A DNA stretch of 64,000 nt from Lingula anatina (taxonomy: Eukaryota > Animalia > Brachiopoda), in the NCBI GenBank assembly GCA_051362555.1, contig CM120646.1, positions 22,072,001-22,136,000 of the forward strand, in the 5' to 3' direction. The position numbers and the translations under genes were made by a program. Shown here one piece after another: positions 1 to 12,588 of this stretch (position 1 is the stretch's first letter; each line of letters opens with the position of its first letter). Under the pieces are notes generated by a model. The model was not told the DNA's origin. It was given only the letters and a program-made list of their open reading frames with translations, and ran no database searches.

Positions 1-52
1 AGAGGAAATGGGACTGCCCTAGGATCTACTAATGTTACTATGCAGGTGGCAT
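1..52 (+). CDS. Gene A: 3' end of a C2-like Ig exon (RGNGTALGSTNVTMQVA)
   Basis: 43/52 nt identical to the end of the repeated C2-like exon of gene C; phase-1 donor T|gtacgt. Confidence 0.8.
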
Positions 53-277
53 GTACGTAACGGGTACAGTTTTAGCTGCCATATTAGCAATTAAGTAAAT
101 TACCGGATGCTGTTCGATGGATAGATTCTCATTTCTCAACACGTGGTATTTTAAACCGTGGTCTTTTAAACAGAAGTACATACATTTTGCACTGGCATCG
201 ACACTTATAAGCTCTCGCACTGAAAAGGTCCACAACTATATACATATACTTATCATGCTTAACTCTATTTTTTCCAG

Positions 278-565
278 ATCCACCAACATCAGCATTATTA
301 TCCCTGGTTGAAAAAAGTACATCTGACCCCATCCAAGCAGGTGACCAAGTTGTATTCCAATGTACAACACTAGATGGTAACCCAGCTCCAATCCTCCAGA
401 TATATAGAGGAAGTACTGCAGTATCCAATACAGGATCCTCACCACTGAAGTACCCTAGAATCATACTGGGCAGTGATAACCTGGCTACATTCACATGTAA
501 AGCCACTACCACGGGACTATCTGGAGAAATAACATCTAATGTACTCAACTTGGCTGACATACACT
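278..565 (+). CDS. Gene A: Ig (C2/I-like) domain exon
   Basis: ttccag|AT...CAC T|gtgagt; open frame YPPTSALL..VVFQCTTLDGNPAP..SDNLATFTCKA; not in the ORF track because it has no ATG. Confidence 0.85.
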
Positions 566-1052
566 GTGAGTTTATATACGTATCATGCATGAATTCTAGT
601 ACATATATTTTCCGAAAGCAGAGCATCAAAATGATCCACTATTGTCAAAGTTGGAAATGGGTAATTGAAATGTTACTTTTCATTTTGTTTCGATTTTTTT
701 ATAATTGATCATGCATTTTTTTTATCTTTTTGACATATTTTATTCGATATCTTCATTTAACATATGTCTGATGGGATAACTATGTTTCAGATGTGTGCCT
801 ACAATTACAGGTACTTTAATACTATCTATTTACTGTGTCCAGAACATCAGTTTACCCGTGTTATTGCAGTTTTTTCATGGTCCCGTAGGGTGAATCCTCC
901 TCACTTCCGTCACATGTTCAGATGCTGCAAATATGGTGACAGCGGATAAATATAGATGAACAACTGTTAGTTTGTTTCTTCCGTTTTTTTAGAATGATTT
1001 TCAGCACGGGCGATTTAATGACTGCTATTCCCTTTTCTCAAAATAATTTCAG

Positions 1053-1328
1053 ATAGACCAACAGTCACGGTAACACTTAAGGGTAATCCGGTGACAGTGG
1101 CCGAGGCGGATGACGTCACATTACAATGTGATGCACGTGGCAACCCTCCTGTGTATACGGAATATAGGTGGACGCATATTACATTCAAGAGTCCCGAGTC
1201 TCAATTAGTGTCAACTGGGAGAGAGTTGGTGCTGTCACGTGTTACATATTTAGACAACGGTGAATACGTTTGTGGTGTTAGAAACAGCGTTGGACAAGGC
1301 TTGGGGAGGAAGAGGCTAAACGTACTGT
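1053..1328 (+). CDS. Gene A: I-set Ig domain exon
   Basis: ttcag|AT..T|gtaagt; VTLQCDARGNP..YRW..DNGEYVC motifs. Confidence 0.9.
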
Positions 1329-1489
1329 GTAAGTAGATAGTTAGCATATAATATTGCATAACTACATATAAATGGAATATGGTATCCTTTAGTGTTGAAG
1401 ATAATATCTTTTACCAAATCACTGTGAACATACTTTAAAATGTAGGGCATCCTTTTAATGTATTATTAATAAAATAAAACCCATTTCAG

Positions 1490-1780
1490 ATTCACCAAAG
1501 ATCGCAGTGGAATCACGCATAGGTTCTGCATCTATCGGCGAACCAGCCACATTGTCTATCTCAGTTACCGCTAACCCAGCCAATGTTTCATTTTCCTGGA
1601 AGAAGAGAGTTGGCGATGGCAGGGAGCCTGTTGTTGCCGGTGTTGTCCTTACTGATCCAAGTTCATTGAAAAGTAAACTGTTTATTCCTAGTGTACAAGG
1701 AAGTGATTACGGACAGTATGTGTGCACAGTGTCACACACAGTGGGTAGCCGGGAATTTACTTTTGAGATAAGACCGAAAG
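1490..1780 (+). CDS. Gene A: I-set Ig domain exon (first Cys absent)
   Basis: ttcag|AT..G|gtacaa; ANP..FSWKK..DYGQYVC. Confidence 0.9.
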
Positions 1781-2001
1781 GTACAAGAAAATAATTATTT
1801 GACAGTGTCAGTCATATCTTGTGTGATGTTTAGAATCCGTAAAACGATACAAATATAAATAATGTCATGTGGATTTTCCTAAATTCATTTATTGGTATTA
1901 GAGAATCTAACCAAAACATGTTCGTTTTTAATCCGCATGAACATTTTCACACACTGTGTCCGACATCTATGTCACTGTACCCCCCTTTTAATCAATGTCA
2001 G

Positions 2002-2313
2002 GACCCCCAGAAAGACCCACAGATTTCAGGATATCAAGCTGGACATCGGTTTCCGTCACATTAACCTGGATGTCCGGGTTTAGCGGAGGCAGTAATCAGT
2101 CATTTCACATCCAGTACAAGGAGACGTCTGGAACTCGATGGCAAAAGGATGATCAACTCGTCTTCCCTGATCCTGGTTACATGAAGACATCCAAGGCAAA
2201 AGTAAACAACCTCAACCCAACCACGTCGTATGATTTTCGTTTGGTTTCTATCAACAATCACCCGTCCACCAACGGCAGTGGCTTTACTGGCGCTTTTACA
2301 CAGAAAACAAAAG
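2002..2313 (+). CDS. Gene A: fibronectin type III domain exon
   Basis: cag|GA..G|gtacat; GPPERP..VTLTW..GFSGGSNQSFHIQY..NLNPTTSYDFRL, a nephrin-type FN3 signature. Confidence 0.9.
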
Positions 2314-2505
2314 GTACATTTTAAGTAGCGGATAACTGTTAAACCATATAACACAGAATGCATTTTCCTTAAACGCCCCTAATTTAAGGTATCAAAAAAA
2401 TTACAATATTAAAGTATTCGGATATATGCCTATAGACATAAAAAGGGGAACCCACCCTTTAGTTATTCTATAAGATAATGGCTAGTGTTTTGTTTTTATT
2501 TTTAG

Positions 2506-2781
2506 CCAGACCCAAAGTCCTAGATGATAAAGTATCCGTCTCCATCACGCCCACTGTGGCTACTGTTAGCTGGACAATATCGAGTGGAATCGAGGACATC
2601 ACCAGCTACGTGGTTAAATACTGTGAGAGAGGCACCGTGGTTTGTAACAGGCACAAAGTGTCAAACGGTACAGCTACCTCGGCCGTTATAACCCTAGATG
2701 AAGGATTCCAGGACTACACGTTCTCACTGCTGGTTTATGAAGAAGATGACCTGGTACAGGTTGTCAATCAACCAACATCAG
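2506..2781 (+). CDS. Gene A: second, divergent FN3-like exon with YC-x6-C motif
   Basis: tttag|CC..G|gtgagt; ATVSW..YVVKYCERGTVVC..YTFSLLVY. Confidence 0.8.
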
Positions 2782-3085
2782 GTGAGTACGGTGTCAAAAA
2801 TGTTATCTTACTAAAGCAAAAGTTATTGCTTCACAAAAATGTAAATGTCAAAATAATTGTTCCAGTGCATTGTTCAATAACCAGCAGTTTTATTTATTTA
2901 ACAAGTTAACAATCTAATTTTCTATTCAAACATTTAAACTCGGAACGCTTTTTTTTTGGGGGGGGGATTGACAAAGCTGATATCTACATGTGCGAAACTG
3001 TAAGCTGATAACACAATTATTATAAGACAATTACGGTTGTATTTAATAACTGTTATTGATCAAAACACTTGCATTGCGTATGCAG

Positions 3086-3214
3086 AGCCATCCCCAGTCC
3101 AGCTTCAAGAGGGCGTGATAGTTGGCACTGTGGTTGCTGTACTCGTGTTGGTCATATTGGCTGTGATAACTGCATTTGTTATGCGTCACTTCAGAAAGTC
3201 GAAGAGTGGAAGAG
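3086..3214 (+). CDS. Gene A: transmembrane exon
   Basis: tgcag|AG..G|gtgggt; GVIVGTVVAVLVLVILAVITAFVM followed by basic RHFRKSK. Confidence 0.9.
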
Positions 3215-3481
3215 GTGGGTCTTTTTTTGTCGACTCAGTGAAAACCACATATTTTAGTTATAGATTTTTAAATTAAAATAGAACAAACGTCGACTTGAGA
3301 ATATATTGTACTGCAAACTGCAATGAATCAGTTCAAAACACAAACCAAAAAAGAAAAAAAATAATGATAATAAAATAAACGCCTTAAAACAAAACTATAA
3401 TGAAAGTTGTATAAGAATCAATGGAAAGATCAATCACATAAAATGCAATATGATACTTCTAATTTATCCCAAACCATCTAG

Positions 3482-3555
3482 ATGTACCTAGCCGAGAGAC
3501 ACCAGCGACAGGTGGGATAACTGAGATGAAGGATCTAAACTCACAACCCCCAGTG
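3482..3555 (+). CDS. Gene A: juxtamembrane cytoplasmic exon
   Basis: ctag|AT..GTG|gtgagt; DVPSRETPATGGITEMKDLNSQPPV, phase 1 in and 0 out. Confidence 0.7.
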
Positions 3556-3955
3556 GTGAGTAGAATATGAGCTTAAGTATTTGAACATGAAGTTTTGTTG
3601 GGCGTTTCTGTTGTAAGACTGCGCTTTTACAGTCAGTGTCAATGTTTAGATGTTTTTATGGCTGTCAAACCGTTATGGACGTTCACACAAGTTTCATAAC
3701 ACCGACCGTGTTTTCGTTATTTAACAAAATTTTAATTGTATTTTCTCTACTGAGTATTTGATACAAACAAGATACAAACAAGCTACAGCCATTTCATTTT
3801 GTTGAGGTTTAATGGATCCATATCCATGCTCTTAGCAATGAATCCTTTGTTGGTCAGATGCAACTGTGGACTTGCAGTCATATTTCTTGAGGGTGTCTGT
3901 AAAAACTTGTATCTCGTAAACATACATGTGCTTACTAATTTTCTAATATTTTCAG

Positions 3956-4057
3956 AAGCCCCCGGCTACGGAAAGCAGTATCTATGATGTTCCTGATCAT
4001 CAAGTAAATGAAACTCCCATCTACACAGACCTCCAGCCTCATAGTGCTATGCGATGA
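3956..4057 (+). CDS. Gene A: terminal exon with two Tyr motifs
   Basis: ttttcag|AAG; KPPATESSIYDVPDHQVNETPIYTDLQPHSAMR*. Confidence 0.75.
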   Translation, partial: KPPATESSIYDVPDHQVNETPIYTDLQPHSAMR

Positions 4058-4137
4058 GTCCTGAAGAAGACATATCGAAAGCGGTAGTGAACATTCCTCA
4101 AGCGTATGAACAATGTTTTCTTTTTTCTCCATGAAAG

Positions 4138-4143
4138 AATAAA
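4138..4143 (+). promoter_or_regulatory. Candidate polyadenylation signal of gene A
   Basis: AATAAA 80 nt after the stop; the AT-rich background weakens this. Confidence 0.35.
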
Positions 4144-7100
4144 TGAAAAAAAATATTTATTAATATATTTGACAACGTTAAAGGTGGAACACATTACAAA
4201 ATTGATTTCGTTCCATCTTTAAATTAAAATTCACCTATTATATCAAACCAATAACTGTTTTATATGTACCACGCACGTGCATCACCAATTCACAAAATTA
4301 GAAATATAGAAGTTATAGAAAAAAAAGCGATAGTTTAGTGTTAACAGGCTGTCTTTGCTAGATAGAATCGGTGCAACTGTTCAAATATTTAGAATCTGTG
4401 CACTTAAGATAGCAGTAAATTGCTAATATTTTTAATAAGTCAGTACTTTACTGCCTAGCATTTTGTCTTTCTACAAAAAAAAAAATTGTGTATTACCCTG
4501 TCGTAAAATCGTGAATGAAAATTTGACACTATTGTACATAAAATCTTATTGCCACGCCATCATAACTACTTAGGGTGCCCATGAAATAAGAACATATCCC
4601 ATCTTGGGCCTGTGTACATAAAATGCACCAGATGTTCAGTGTATCACCAAATATGCCAATGGTATTTACATCTACATGGACAAAAGGTAAAGGAATAAGT
4701 TTCTTCTTATATCAAGTTGAAATATTTTTATTGTTGCTTTGGAACTCAATTACGGCATGGTTGAATGATGTATTTTGGATAAATTATACAGAAACTGGAG
4801 GAAGAAAAATGTGAATAAAGCTAATACGACGTTGATTTTTTAATATATATTGACAACTGAGACGCGTTCGACATAAAATAAACTATTACAATCAGAGAAG
4901 CATATGGAGTTGTAATGGGTAATCATGGCTGGACTAAACATGGCGTCATTACTTGGTACATTTTATATTATTGGCTGAAGATTTTATACCACACTCAATG
5001 GATGAGGAACCGCATAAATAAATAACTCATCCATGAGTTGATTCTTGAATTTCAAAGACTTAAATTTATATACATGTCTTTGAAGCAAGTAGAAATAGAT
5101 GCAAATAGTTCGTACGTGCCTCAGAAGTCACCAATCAGGTGTTGATCTTGTAGATTGGTATTTTAATTTGATAAACCAATGGATATAAATCTAAAGGAGA
5201 AGAAATGCAAATAAAAGATACAATTATGCCTATGACCTCATATCTGACATCGAGATGGATTCATCTCAGTATTGATGAATATAGCCAAACGGTCTTATAC
5301 TTTGTCAGTTTAAACAATGGAGAGCCTGACAAACCAAATTAAAGTGTCACAAAAAACAGGTACAACGTATTGCGTTTGATGTAATTGAGTGCAGCTAACA
5401 CAACACAGCGTCCTGTCATTCTCATACTATGGTAGAGATACAGGTCAGGCGGATGAATTATATGCCAAACTATTAATTTTCACTTCTGTATATTTAATGA
5501 GAATCAACAGATATGATGTCATGCCATATAGGAGGTCCTATCTCTATCCCTATCCCTCAGTGAGGTTACATGATGATGCAAAGCCCGGAGAGGAGACCTT
5601 ATGAAACATTTTAAGACAAAAGTGCTGGCAAAACTAGTATCACTGGCGCGCAAGCAACCAAGTCACTGGGGTCCAGAAATGCAAATAGCAATGCGTATCA
5701 TTCAGTCTAGTGTATCAAATCTCCGTCCTGCCCATAGGAATTTTGAAAGCCACTATTTGTATACTATGGTATCCAAGTCAGTTAAATTTAAACTTTGCTA
5801 TACGCATTTCAGCATACGCATTTCGTTCGTTCAACGCACCATAACATGAGGACACCATAACATGAGGAAACGCCACAGATTAACTTAATTCCAGACTAAC
5901 ATGTTGCAGTACAACCCAAGTCGCTGCAGTTACTTCCGCATTCCTTTCTGATATAAATAACATGGCCTGGCAAGGTGACGTTTAAGAGGTCAAACCCAAT
6001 GCTCATCAGAATACTGAAAATGAGTGTTTTGTGCATCTAATTGTTCATTTATGCATATACCTTTTTGCTAATAATATATATATTTCAAAATATAAAATAT
6101 CAGCGTTTTTTATTAGGGGCAATTGACCTGGATTTTCATTCCAGGTGAAATGACCCTAGTCATTTACTCCCTGATGATGGTGACTGACAGTCACAGAGAT
6201 ATTGAAGGTAATACCCACACATTTTATAAGCTCTTGATAAAAAGAAAAACAATAATTTAAAGATCAGTGTTTTTTATTTCTCGTCGCTAATGATATGAGC
6301 GTTTATCATCATTTAACACTTTTTTAGCCAGGAATTGTATGCGATTTGAGTTTAAGAGGTTAAACCCTAGTTCATGTGTAACTGCGATCGGTTAATGCGT
6401 TAGGTGTCACAGCTTACAACTAACACAACACAGTGTCCTATGAACCCCAAGCTTCGATGCAGATATTAAAGATTATTATAACATTTTATGTCTCATTTTA
6501 TGTTAACATGAGTAGTGTGCTGTCAAATGGTGCCAGTCCATCCCCTCCTCATTTACATACATGCTGAGTCCGTCAAAATGAGATCATCTTACGGCAGTTT
6601 TAACAAACACACAAGGATGAAAGGGCTATTAAAATCCACAGCCACATATCACTGACGTACAGAATTGGTATAATAGTGTACTTTTCTTGAGGTACAATTT
6701 AATGCACAGGGGTGGATCCAGGTTTATATGATAGAGTGGTCCTATTTTTAGGAATGACAGGCCTCGGATACGAAACGGACCCTCGATTAGATTAGAACTA
6801 CGAATCAGCTGGTAAAAATAAAATTCTAGTTCCAAGAGAAGAAAATTAGTGTGATATTTAAAAAAATGCCACTATATGACATGGTGTTAAGGCGGGAAAG
6901 CTACGGACTCAATTCAAGTTAAGTCGCTTTTATTGTTTAAGTTTCTTTTACATTCATTTTGTTTTACACTGAGATTACTGAGATTATTGAGATAACACTG
7001 ATTTCGACTTTACCTGTAACGTTTTCAGGCTTTGTGTACAATACACCAGGGTCTAGCTCTGCAGAGTAAAAGAAAAGGTTAGAAGCCTGAACCTTCTTTA

Positions 7101-7403
7101 GGATAATGAGAATGTATATTTAGATATCAGCACATGCCACCCCCACACCTAAGTAGAATAAGAGCATATACAAGTAACTATTGTTTGTTTGTTTGTTTGT
7201 TAAAATACATCCACATGGTATAGTGCAAACTAAACAGACCAATATACACGAAGACTATGCACTTCTACATACAAAGCATATACTTTTTAAGATGCTTTCA
7301 TGTTGTATGTCAGTCATAGATAAACTAAAATGTGCAACATTGACACAGTTAATTTCTCCGAAACTTCTTGAAAAATAAAAGTTACAAATGCCCCCCCCCC
7401 CCC

Positions 7404-7404
<1 letters not shown>

Positions 7405-7445
<41 letters not shown>
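7405..7445. repeat. Poly(A) tract preceded by a poly(C) tract
   Basis: Homopolymer runs seen directly. Confidence 0.9.
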
Positions 7446-7450
<5 letters not shown>

Positions 7451-8252
7451 ACTAATCAAACTTCATTTAATTTTAGTAATCCCTTTTTATTGTACTCTTA
7501 CACGGCTAATTTAAGGAAAAACATTTCCTTTAACATAACAATAGCACCCATACCCTCCACCCCTAAGAGGACAAAACAACAGAGCCATTCACAGCCGAGG
7601 TGGACGCCTTAGTATTTTTCTCATAACTCACTACAGCCATTAACAGTGGAAAGCTATAATCTCACAGCCAATAACAGATCAAGCATTTTCACCACGAGGA
7701 ACTATATTCTTAACCCGAAATGAAATCTCATCTGATAAGGTAAAATCCCGAAAAATTAAAACGCGCCCTTTGTCAACAGATAAATACACACTATCAGATA
7801 AGATGCAATGAAAAGTAGATATTTTACGTTATTTCCTTGAGTGACTCATGTGGCAAAACGTACTAACTTTCATATCTATTTCTGAAGAGTTTTACCTCGC
7901 GGGCGTCTAACTGCACGGTCATGGATACAAAGAGTTCAATCCTGGTGTTAGTATCCAGCTTACTTTTCGGTAAGTCGTGATTTTTGCGTCCACGCTTGTA
8001 ATGGAGAAATTATTCTGGGTAAAGTCTAGGTAAAGAGTCTGCTCATTTCAGACCATAAAATGATTCTTGCATTCTACAGAGAGAGTCAAGGCGATATCCC
8101 CTCGCACCAATATCCCCCGAAAGATCCCAACACCGATACGTCCCCTGTAAACTAACCGATTTGCAAGCACCGTTACTCCTCAGCTCCCACACCGTTGCTT
8201 CCCTGTATCTTTCGTCCCCCTGTGCTTTTCATATCACCGCATTGCTACCCAG

Positions 8253-8951
8253 GGCACGGTTGCATCAACGGTTAGTAAATCCGGCGTAGCAGTTGCGCCC
8301 CCGTAGGTTCAGCGCAATTGTAGGCTTGTTATTAAAAGGCCCAAAATTGGCCAAACGCTGCATTTTGTAGTACAAATGTCTAACTTTGCATGAAGGTTCC
8401 TTGGCCTAAACATAATCTTCATGTAGCCTTTTTATCATAAATTTTATGTTTGTTGAAATAAGATGTGGAAATTGTGAGCTTATGTTGGTAATGTTAACAA
8501 ATGCTTATGTAGATTTTTTATATGGTAGCCATGCATATATATCCGTATGTTTATGTTGATCTTAAATGTTACCACGCATGTAAGTCTTGGTTCTAAGCAG
8601 TTGGATATCTTTATTTCTTTTCACAATTTCTGATAAACCATAGTTAACCTTAGTCACTCTTTCTTCACATTTTATATGTTTCATATTTTACTATATGTAA
8701 CCTTTGTGACGGAAGCTAAAAACATTAACATTTTTAACGTTTTTAAGGATTGCTCAATAATCGTCATACCATCCACGAATTGTTGGGCAGTGATCCAACG
8801 AGGATTACTCGGACGTAGTTTTAGCAATCGTTTTTTATCTTGGTGCAACGGGCGTAAACAGTTGACGTAAATCTGGCGCACGGACGCCAGGCGTTGCAGT
8901 TTACGATAGTCGTATCCAAGCAAATTTAGGCCCCATTTTTGCAACCGGGCC
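8253..8951. mobile_element. Non-autonomous PIF/Harbinger-like MITE
   Basis: TIR GGCACGGTTGCA / TGCAACCGGGCC with CAG on both sides (CWG-type 3-bp TSD); related sequence near 27100-27775. Confidence 0.65.
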
Positions 8952-9364
8952 CAGCGATATTATGTTAAAAATAGGCCATTTACGTTTGGTAAGTTGGCCA
9001 AAGAGTTGGTTTTCGACAGCCGTATCCAATTAAACTCACGCCCTGTTGGTGGAACTGGGCACAGCAATACTGCAATAAATATAGGCCATTTATATTCAAT
9101 TTTCAAATGGGTATTGGTGCGCTAAATGGACAAATTTTTGACAGACTGCAGGGCAACTCTTGATGTTGTTTTTAAATCCCCTACACTTTAGCTTTGCCAT
9201 ACCCTTTGGAGTAAAGAGTACTTTTTAAATTCCGAGTGATCATATAATAAAGTTTCGATGTCTGTTAACCATATTAGGAATTGGAAAAAAAAAGAAATTT
9301 GTCTACTGACTACGTTTATATACATTCACTGTTTGCTGGAGTCATGGTTTCTTATATAGGCCAA

Positions 9365-9595
9365 AAATACTTCGTGGAGCAGTACGCGAGCATTGCCTTT
9401 TTTACATACCCCAAAACTACCTCCATGGAGCAGTAGGCGGGCATTGCTTTTTTCTTATATACTGCAAAACTACCTCCGTGGAGCAGTAGGCGGGCATTGC
9501 TTTTTTCTTATATACTGCAAAACTCCCTCCGTGGAGCAGTACGCGAGCATTGCTTCTTTCCCTATATACTCCAAAACTACCTCTGTAGAGTATCG
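9365..9595. repeat. Minisatellite, ~55-bp unit, ~4 copies
   Basis: Repeated ccgtggagcagta..gcattgc..ttatatactgcaaaactacct. Confidence 0.85.
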
Positions 9596-9998
9596 TTGAA
9601 GTATTCGGTGAGCGCCAGTACAGTGCAGCAGAAGCATTGTTTTTTCTCTACCTCACTTGAGTAGAGTTGGAAGCTTAGTAGCATATCTGAAACATGCTTC
9701 TACCATGTTACTAATTTACAGTATTAATGCTCCTCTCTGTACAACCCTGTGATTTTTGACGTAGAAGTGCAGTTGGCTATGCTGCACCTCTACTGCAAAC
9801 ATGCTCCACACCACTGCTGCATTAATGCTAATATGCTTCTTCGATACTACTGCATTTTCGTGCGTGGACCATATTAATATTTTATGTATTTACGGCAAAT
9901 AAGTTTAAGCGCAAGACTATAGTTTGATACAATTAAGAGACACATTGTTTTTTAAAAACATTTGAATGGCTTTAAAATTAGATTATTTTATATTTTAG

Positions 9999-10274
9999 CC
10001 AAATCAGTAATTTCTGAATCGCCTGTGGCAGTGGATGTCAAAGGTAATGTACATGTAGCTACAGTCAAGTGGTCCCTTCCTGAAGGAAACTTCACAAGTT
10101 ATGGAATAAAGTACTGTGTAAAAGGAACAACCCAGTGTGACACCCACAATATAACCAACTTGACAACCACGTCAGCTGAAATCACACTGCCTGATGATGG
10201 TGGACACTATGAATTCTATCTGATTGTTTACCAAGAGGAAGATGCTGTGGTCACCTCATTACCTGTTAAACAAA
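9999..10274 (+). CDS. Module A2: FN3-like exon paralogous to 2506-2781
   Basis: tttag|CC..A|gtatgt; ATVKW..TSYGIKYCVKGTTQC..TSAEITL..YEFYLIVYQEED. Confidence 0.85.
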
Positions 10275-10545
10275 GTATGTATATTTTGCATGCACCCAAC
10301 ACAAACTATACACACTATAACGTCACTAAAATAAAAGCCTCATTTATCGCCAGTAAATTGTTCTCCTTTGCTATAAGAAATAATAACTATTTTCCCATTC
10401 TTTTATGACACTCAAAGTACCAGAAGGGCGGCTTTGAATTTTGAATGTTTTCCAAAAACTGTGAATGTGCCCATAAAAACCAGACTTAATTTCATATGTT
10501 ATATGTTTGGACTGCAGTGAATTATGTTTTCCTTTTTGGTATAAG

Positions 10546-10680
10546 TACATGCACTGACGACGCAAGGCAGTTTCCCTGTCGGGTTGGTGGTTGGAGTACT
10601 AGCTACAGTCGTAGTGGTTGCTGTCACTGGGGCTTTTCTATTTATATATCTCAGACGGAGAGGACAACAACATAATGGTT
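10546..10680 (+). CDS. Module A2: transmembrane exon
   Basis: FPVGLVVGVLATVVVVAVTGAFLFIYLRRR; donor T|gtaagt; the AAG acceptor makes the start less certain. Confidence 0.8.
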
Positions 10681-11029
10681 GTAAGTATACATATACATTT
10701 TCGTCTAGGCAAAATGGAAATAAATGCATTGCATTTTTAAGCAGGGGTAAAGTAGGGCTTGAAGCAGGGTAAAGTTTGGACCCCGATAATGAAAGATATG
10801 GTTCATATGCTAGCTTCCAGCACCTCTTATGACAGCTGCGGTGTATCATCCTCAGGGTGTCCATTGAAAACCGCAGTCGCATGTGTAGTGCTGTATATGA
10901 AGAATTAACTCATATTTAATTTTATTTTATAGGTACATATTTGTTTTCTCTTCGTGGCTCTTTCTTACCTACCCAATAATATTTAATTAACATGCATGTT
11001 TCATCGCACAGGTATTATGTTAATTGTAG

Positions 11030-11097
11030 CAAACAGAAATAATGAAAAGAACAGAGGAAATGCTGCCAGTGAGTCATCAGCTTTCCAGGGTAGTAAG
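11030..11097 (+). CDS. Module A2: juxtamembrane exon
   Basis: tgtag|CA..AAG|gtcagt; SNRNNEKNRGNAASESSAFQGSK; same 1-to-0 phases as 3482-3555. Confidence 0.55.
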
Positions 11098-11391
11098 GTC
11101 AGTAAAAATGATTGCTTACTTAGACACTTACATGTCCACGGGATATGTAAGATATATATTTTATCTTAAACAGATTTAAAAATAAAACTTCTTACTTTGG
11201 TTTACCAAGTTTTCTATAAACAATAATAATAATAATAATAGTAATAATAGGGAGTTCTCGATATTGGTGGGATATGTTAGATGGATTGATTTGTATCAGT
11301 ATGTCATGTTTCTGTATGCTGGTAAAATATCGAGGATTTGCACCAGATATATTACTCCCACCCAAACACTTCACCGAGGAAAGGTGATAGA

Positions 11392-11941
11392 CAGGCCTAC
11401 CCAACTACCAGACTCGGCACCTAAGGATCCTGAATTAACCGGTATATCGGACCACGCTTCCCGTTTTCAAGGTGTGTGTCAGATCGCATTTCAGAGTATC
11501 ATACCCCAGAACAAATTTTGTAGCACGACTGCGGGCTCATCCACGCTCGGCTGAACAACCTGAAACTGTACTCTTACTTTAGAGTACTCTATTTTATTGT
11601 CTCTATGGGGGTATATGGGGACTTTACGACATTCGGTTTGAATGTTTTAACCACTTTTGATAGGGCTTTTTTGCTTGTATTAGATTAATGTGGCAGTCTA
11701 AGGTTCATCTAGGTGGCTTTCAAATTTTTGCGCCCGGTTTAAAAATCATATAGCGATTTTACGACAATCGTTTACTATCCAATCAAAGTGACAGCCGAGC
11801 ATGCTAGGGCTCATCCTGTCGGTGTTCTGGCTGATACTCCAAAATGCGATCTGACACACACCTTGAAAACGGGTAGTGTGGTCCGATATACTGGTTAATT
11901 CAGGATCCTTAGGTGCCGAGTCTGGTAGTTGGGTAGGCCTG
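11392..11941. mobile_element. MITE with ~100-bp TIRs and 5-bp TSD (hAT5-like)
   Basis: CAGGCCTACCCAACTACCAG.. / ..CTGGTAGTTGGGTAGGCCTG; ATAGA at 11387-11391 and 11942-11946. Confidence 0.85.
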
Positions 11942-12497
11942 ATAGAGGCAAAATGGAACAAAATATATCGATTCAAACTTGATTTCAGTCAGTTTCTTGA
12001 CAGCTGTATTCCAAAATATGAACATAAGTAATAAACACGTACACCACAAACAATGATCTAACCTGGAAAATATCTTAATTATGTACCCAATGTGAATTAG
12101 ATAATAATTAGTTGGATCACTTTGTGAAAAATAAATAAATACGCTGCCATCTAAAAAAAAAAAAAAAAAAAATACACCCACACACAAACCATTGTAAAAA
12201 TATCTTGGTGGAGATATAAGCTGACAAATACTTAGTATATGTATATATCTCTTTTTAAGCGATATTCTTCAATATTTGCTGGTTAAATGTGGGTAGATCC
12301 TACTGACTGGATATGACAGCTGACAAGGGCGACCGCATACAACATACCCTGTAGCTATACACAATTCATTGGCGTATCCATTCAATCCGACACAATCCGA
12401 CACAGGAAACTTTATACTATCTTTTACGGAACGTTTTTAATTGCCATTTAATTGCACATTGTTAAATCAAATGCTTGACTGATTGAATTTTTTTAAG

Positions 12498-12520
12498 AAA
12501 AAGAAGACTGAAAACGAAAT
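12498..12520 (+). CDS. Module A2: candidate micro-exon KKKTENE(M)
   Basis: ttttaag|AAA..GAA AT|gtatat; its phase-2 end joins the next exon to give EMYNIM. Confidence 0.4.
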
Positions 12521-12588
12521 GTATATGTCTTATATGATATTTTCCAACAACTCTATCAACAATTAAAATATATATTATTATATACCAG

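Noticed and set aside
129-629. 166-aa minus-strand ORF
   Set aside because: Antisense shadow of the + strand Ig exon 278-565
1-4057. Naming gene A as nephrin or another known gene
   Set aside because: The Ig/FN3 motifs are nephrin-like, but the extra FN3-like domain, short tail and cluster context do not support orthology
9365-9595. CRISPR-like array
   Set aside because: Eukaryotic context, head-to-tail units without unique spacers, no cas genes
12290-12360. Possible decayed penultimate kinase exon (GRSY*LDMTADKGDRIQH)
   Set aside because: Only a faint resemblance to GxxPYxxM..GxRxxxP, with stops and no clear splice sites
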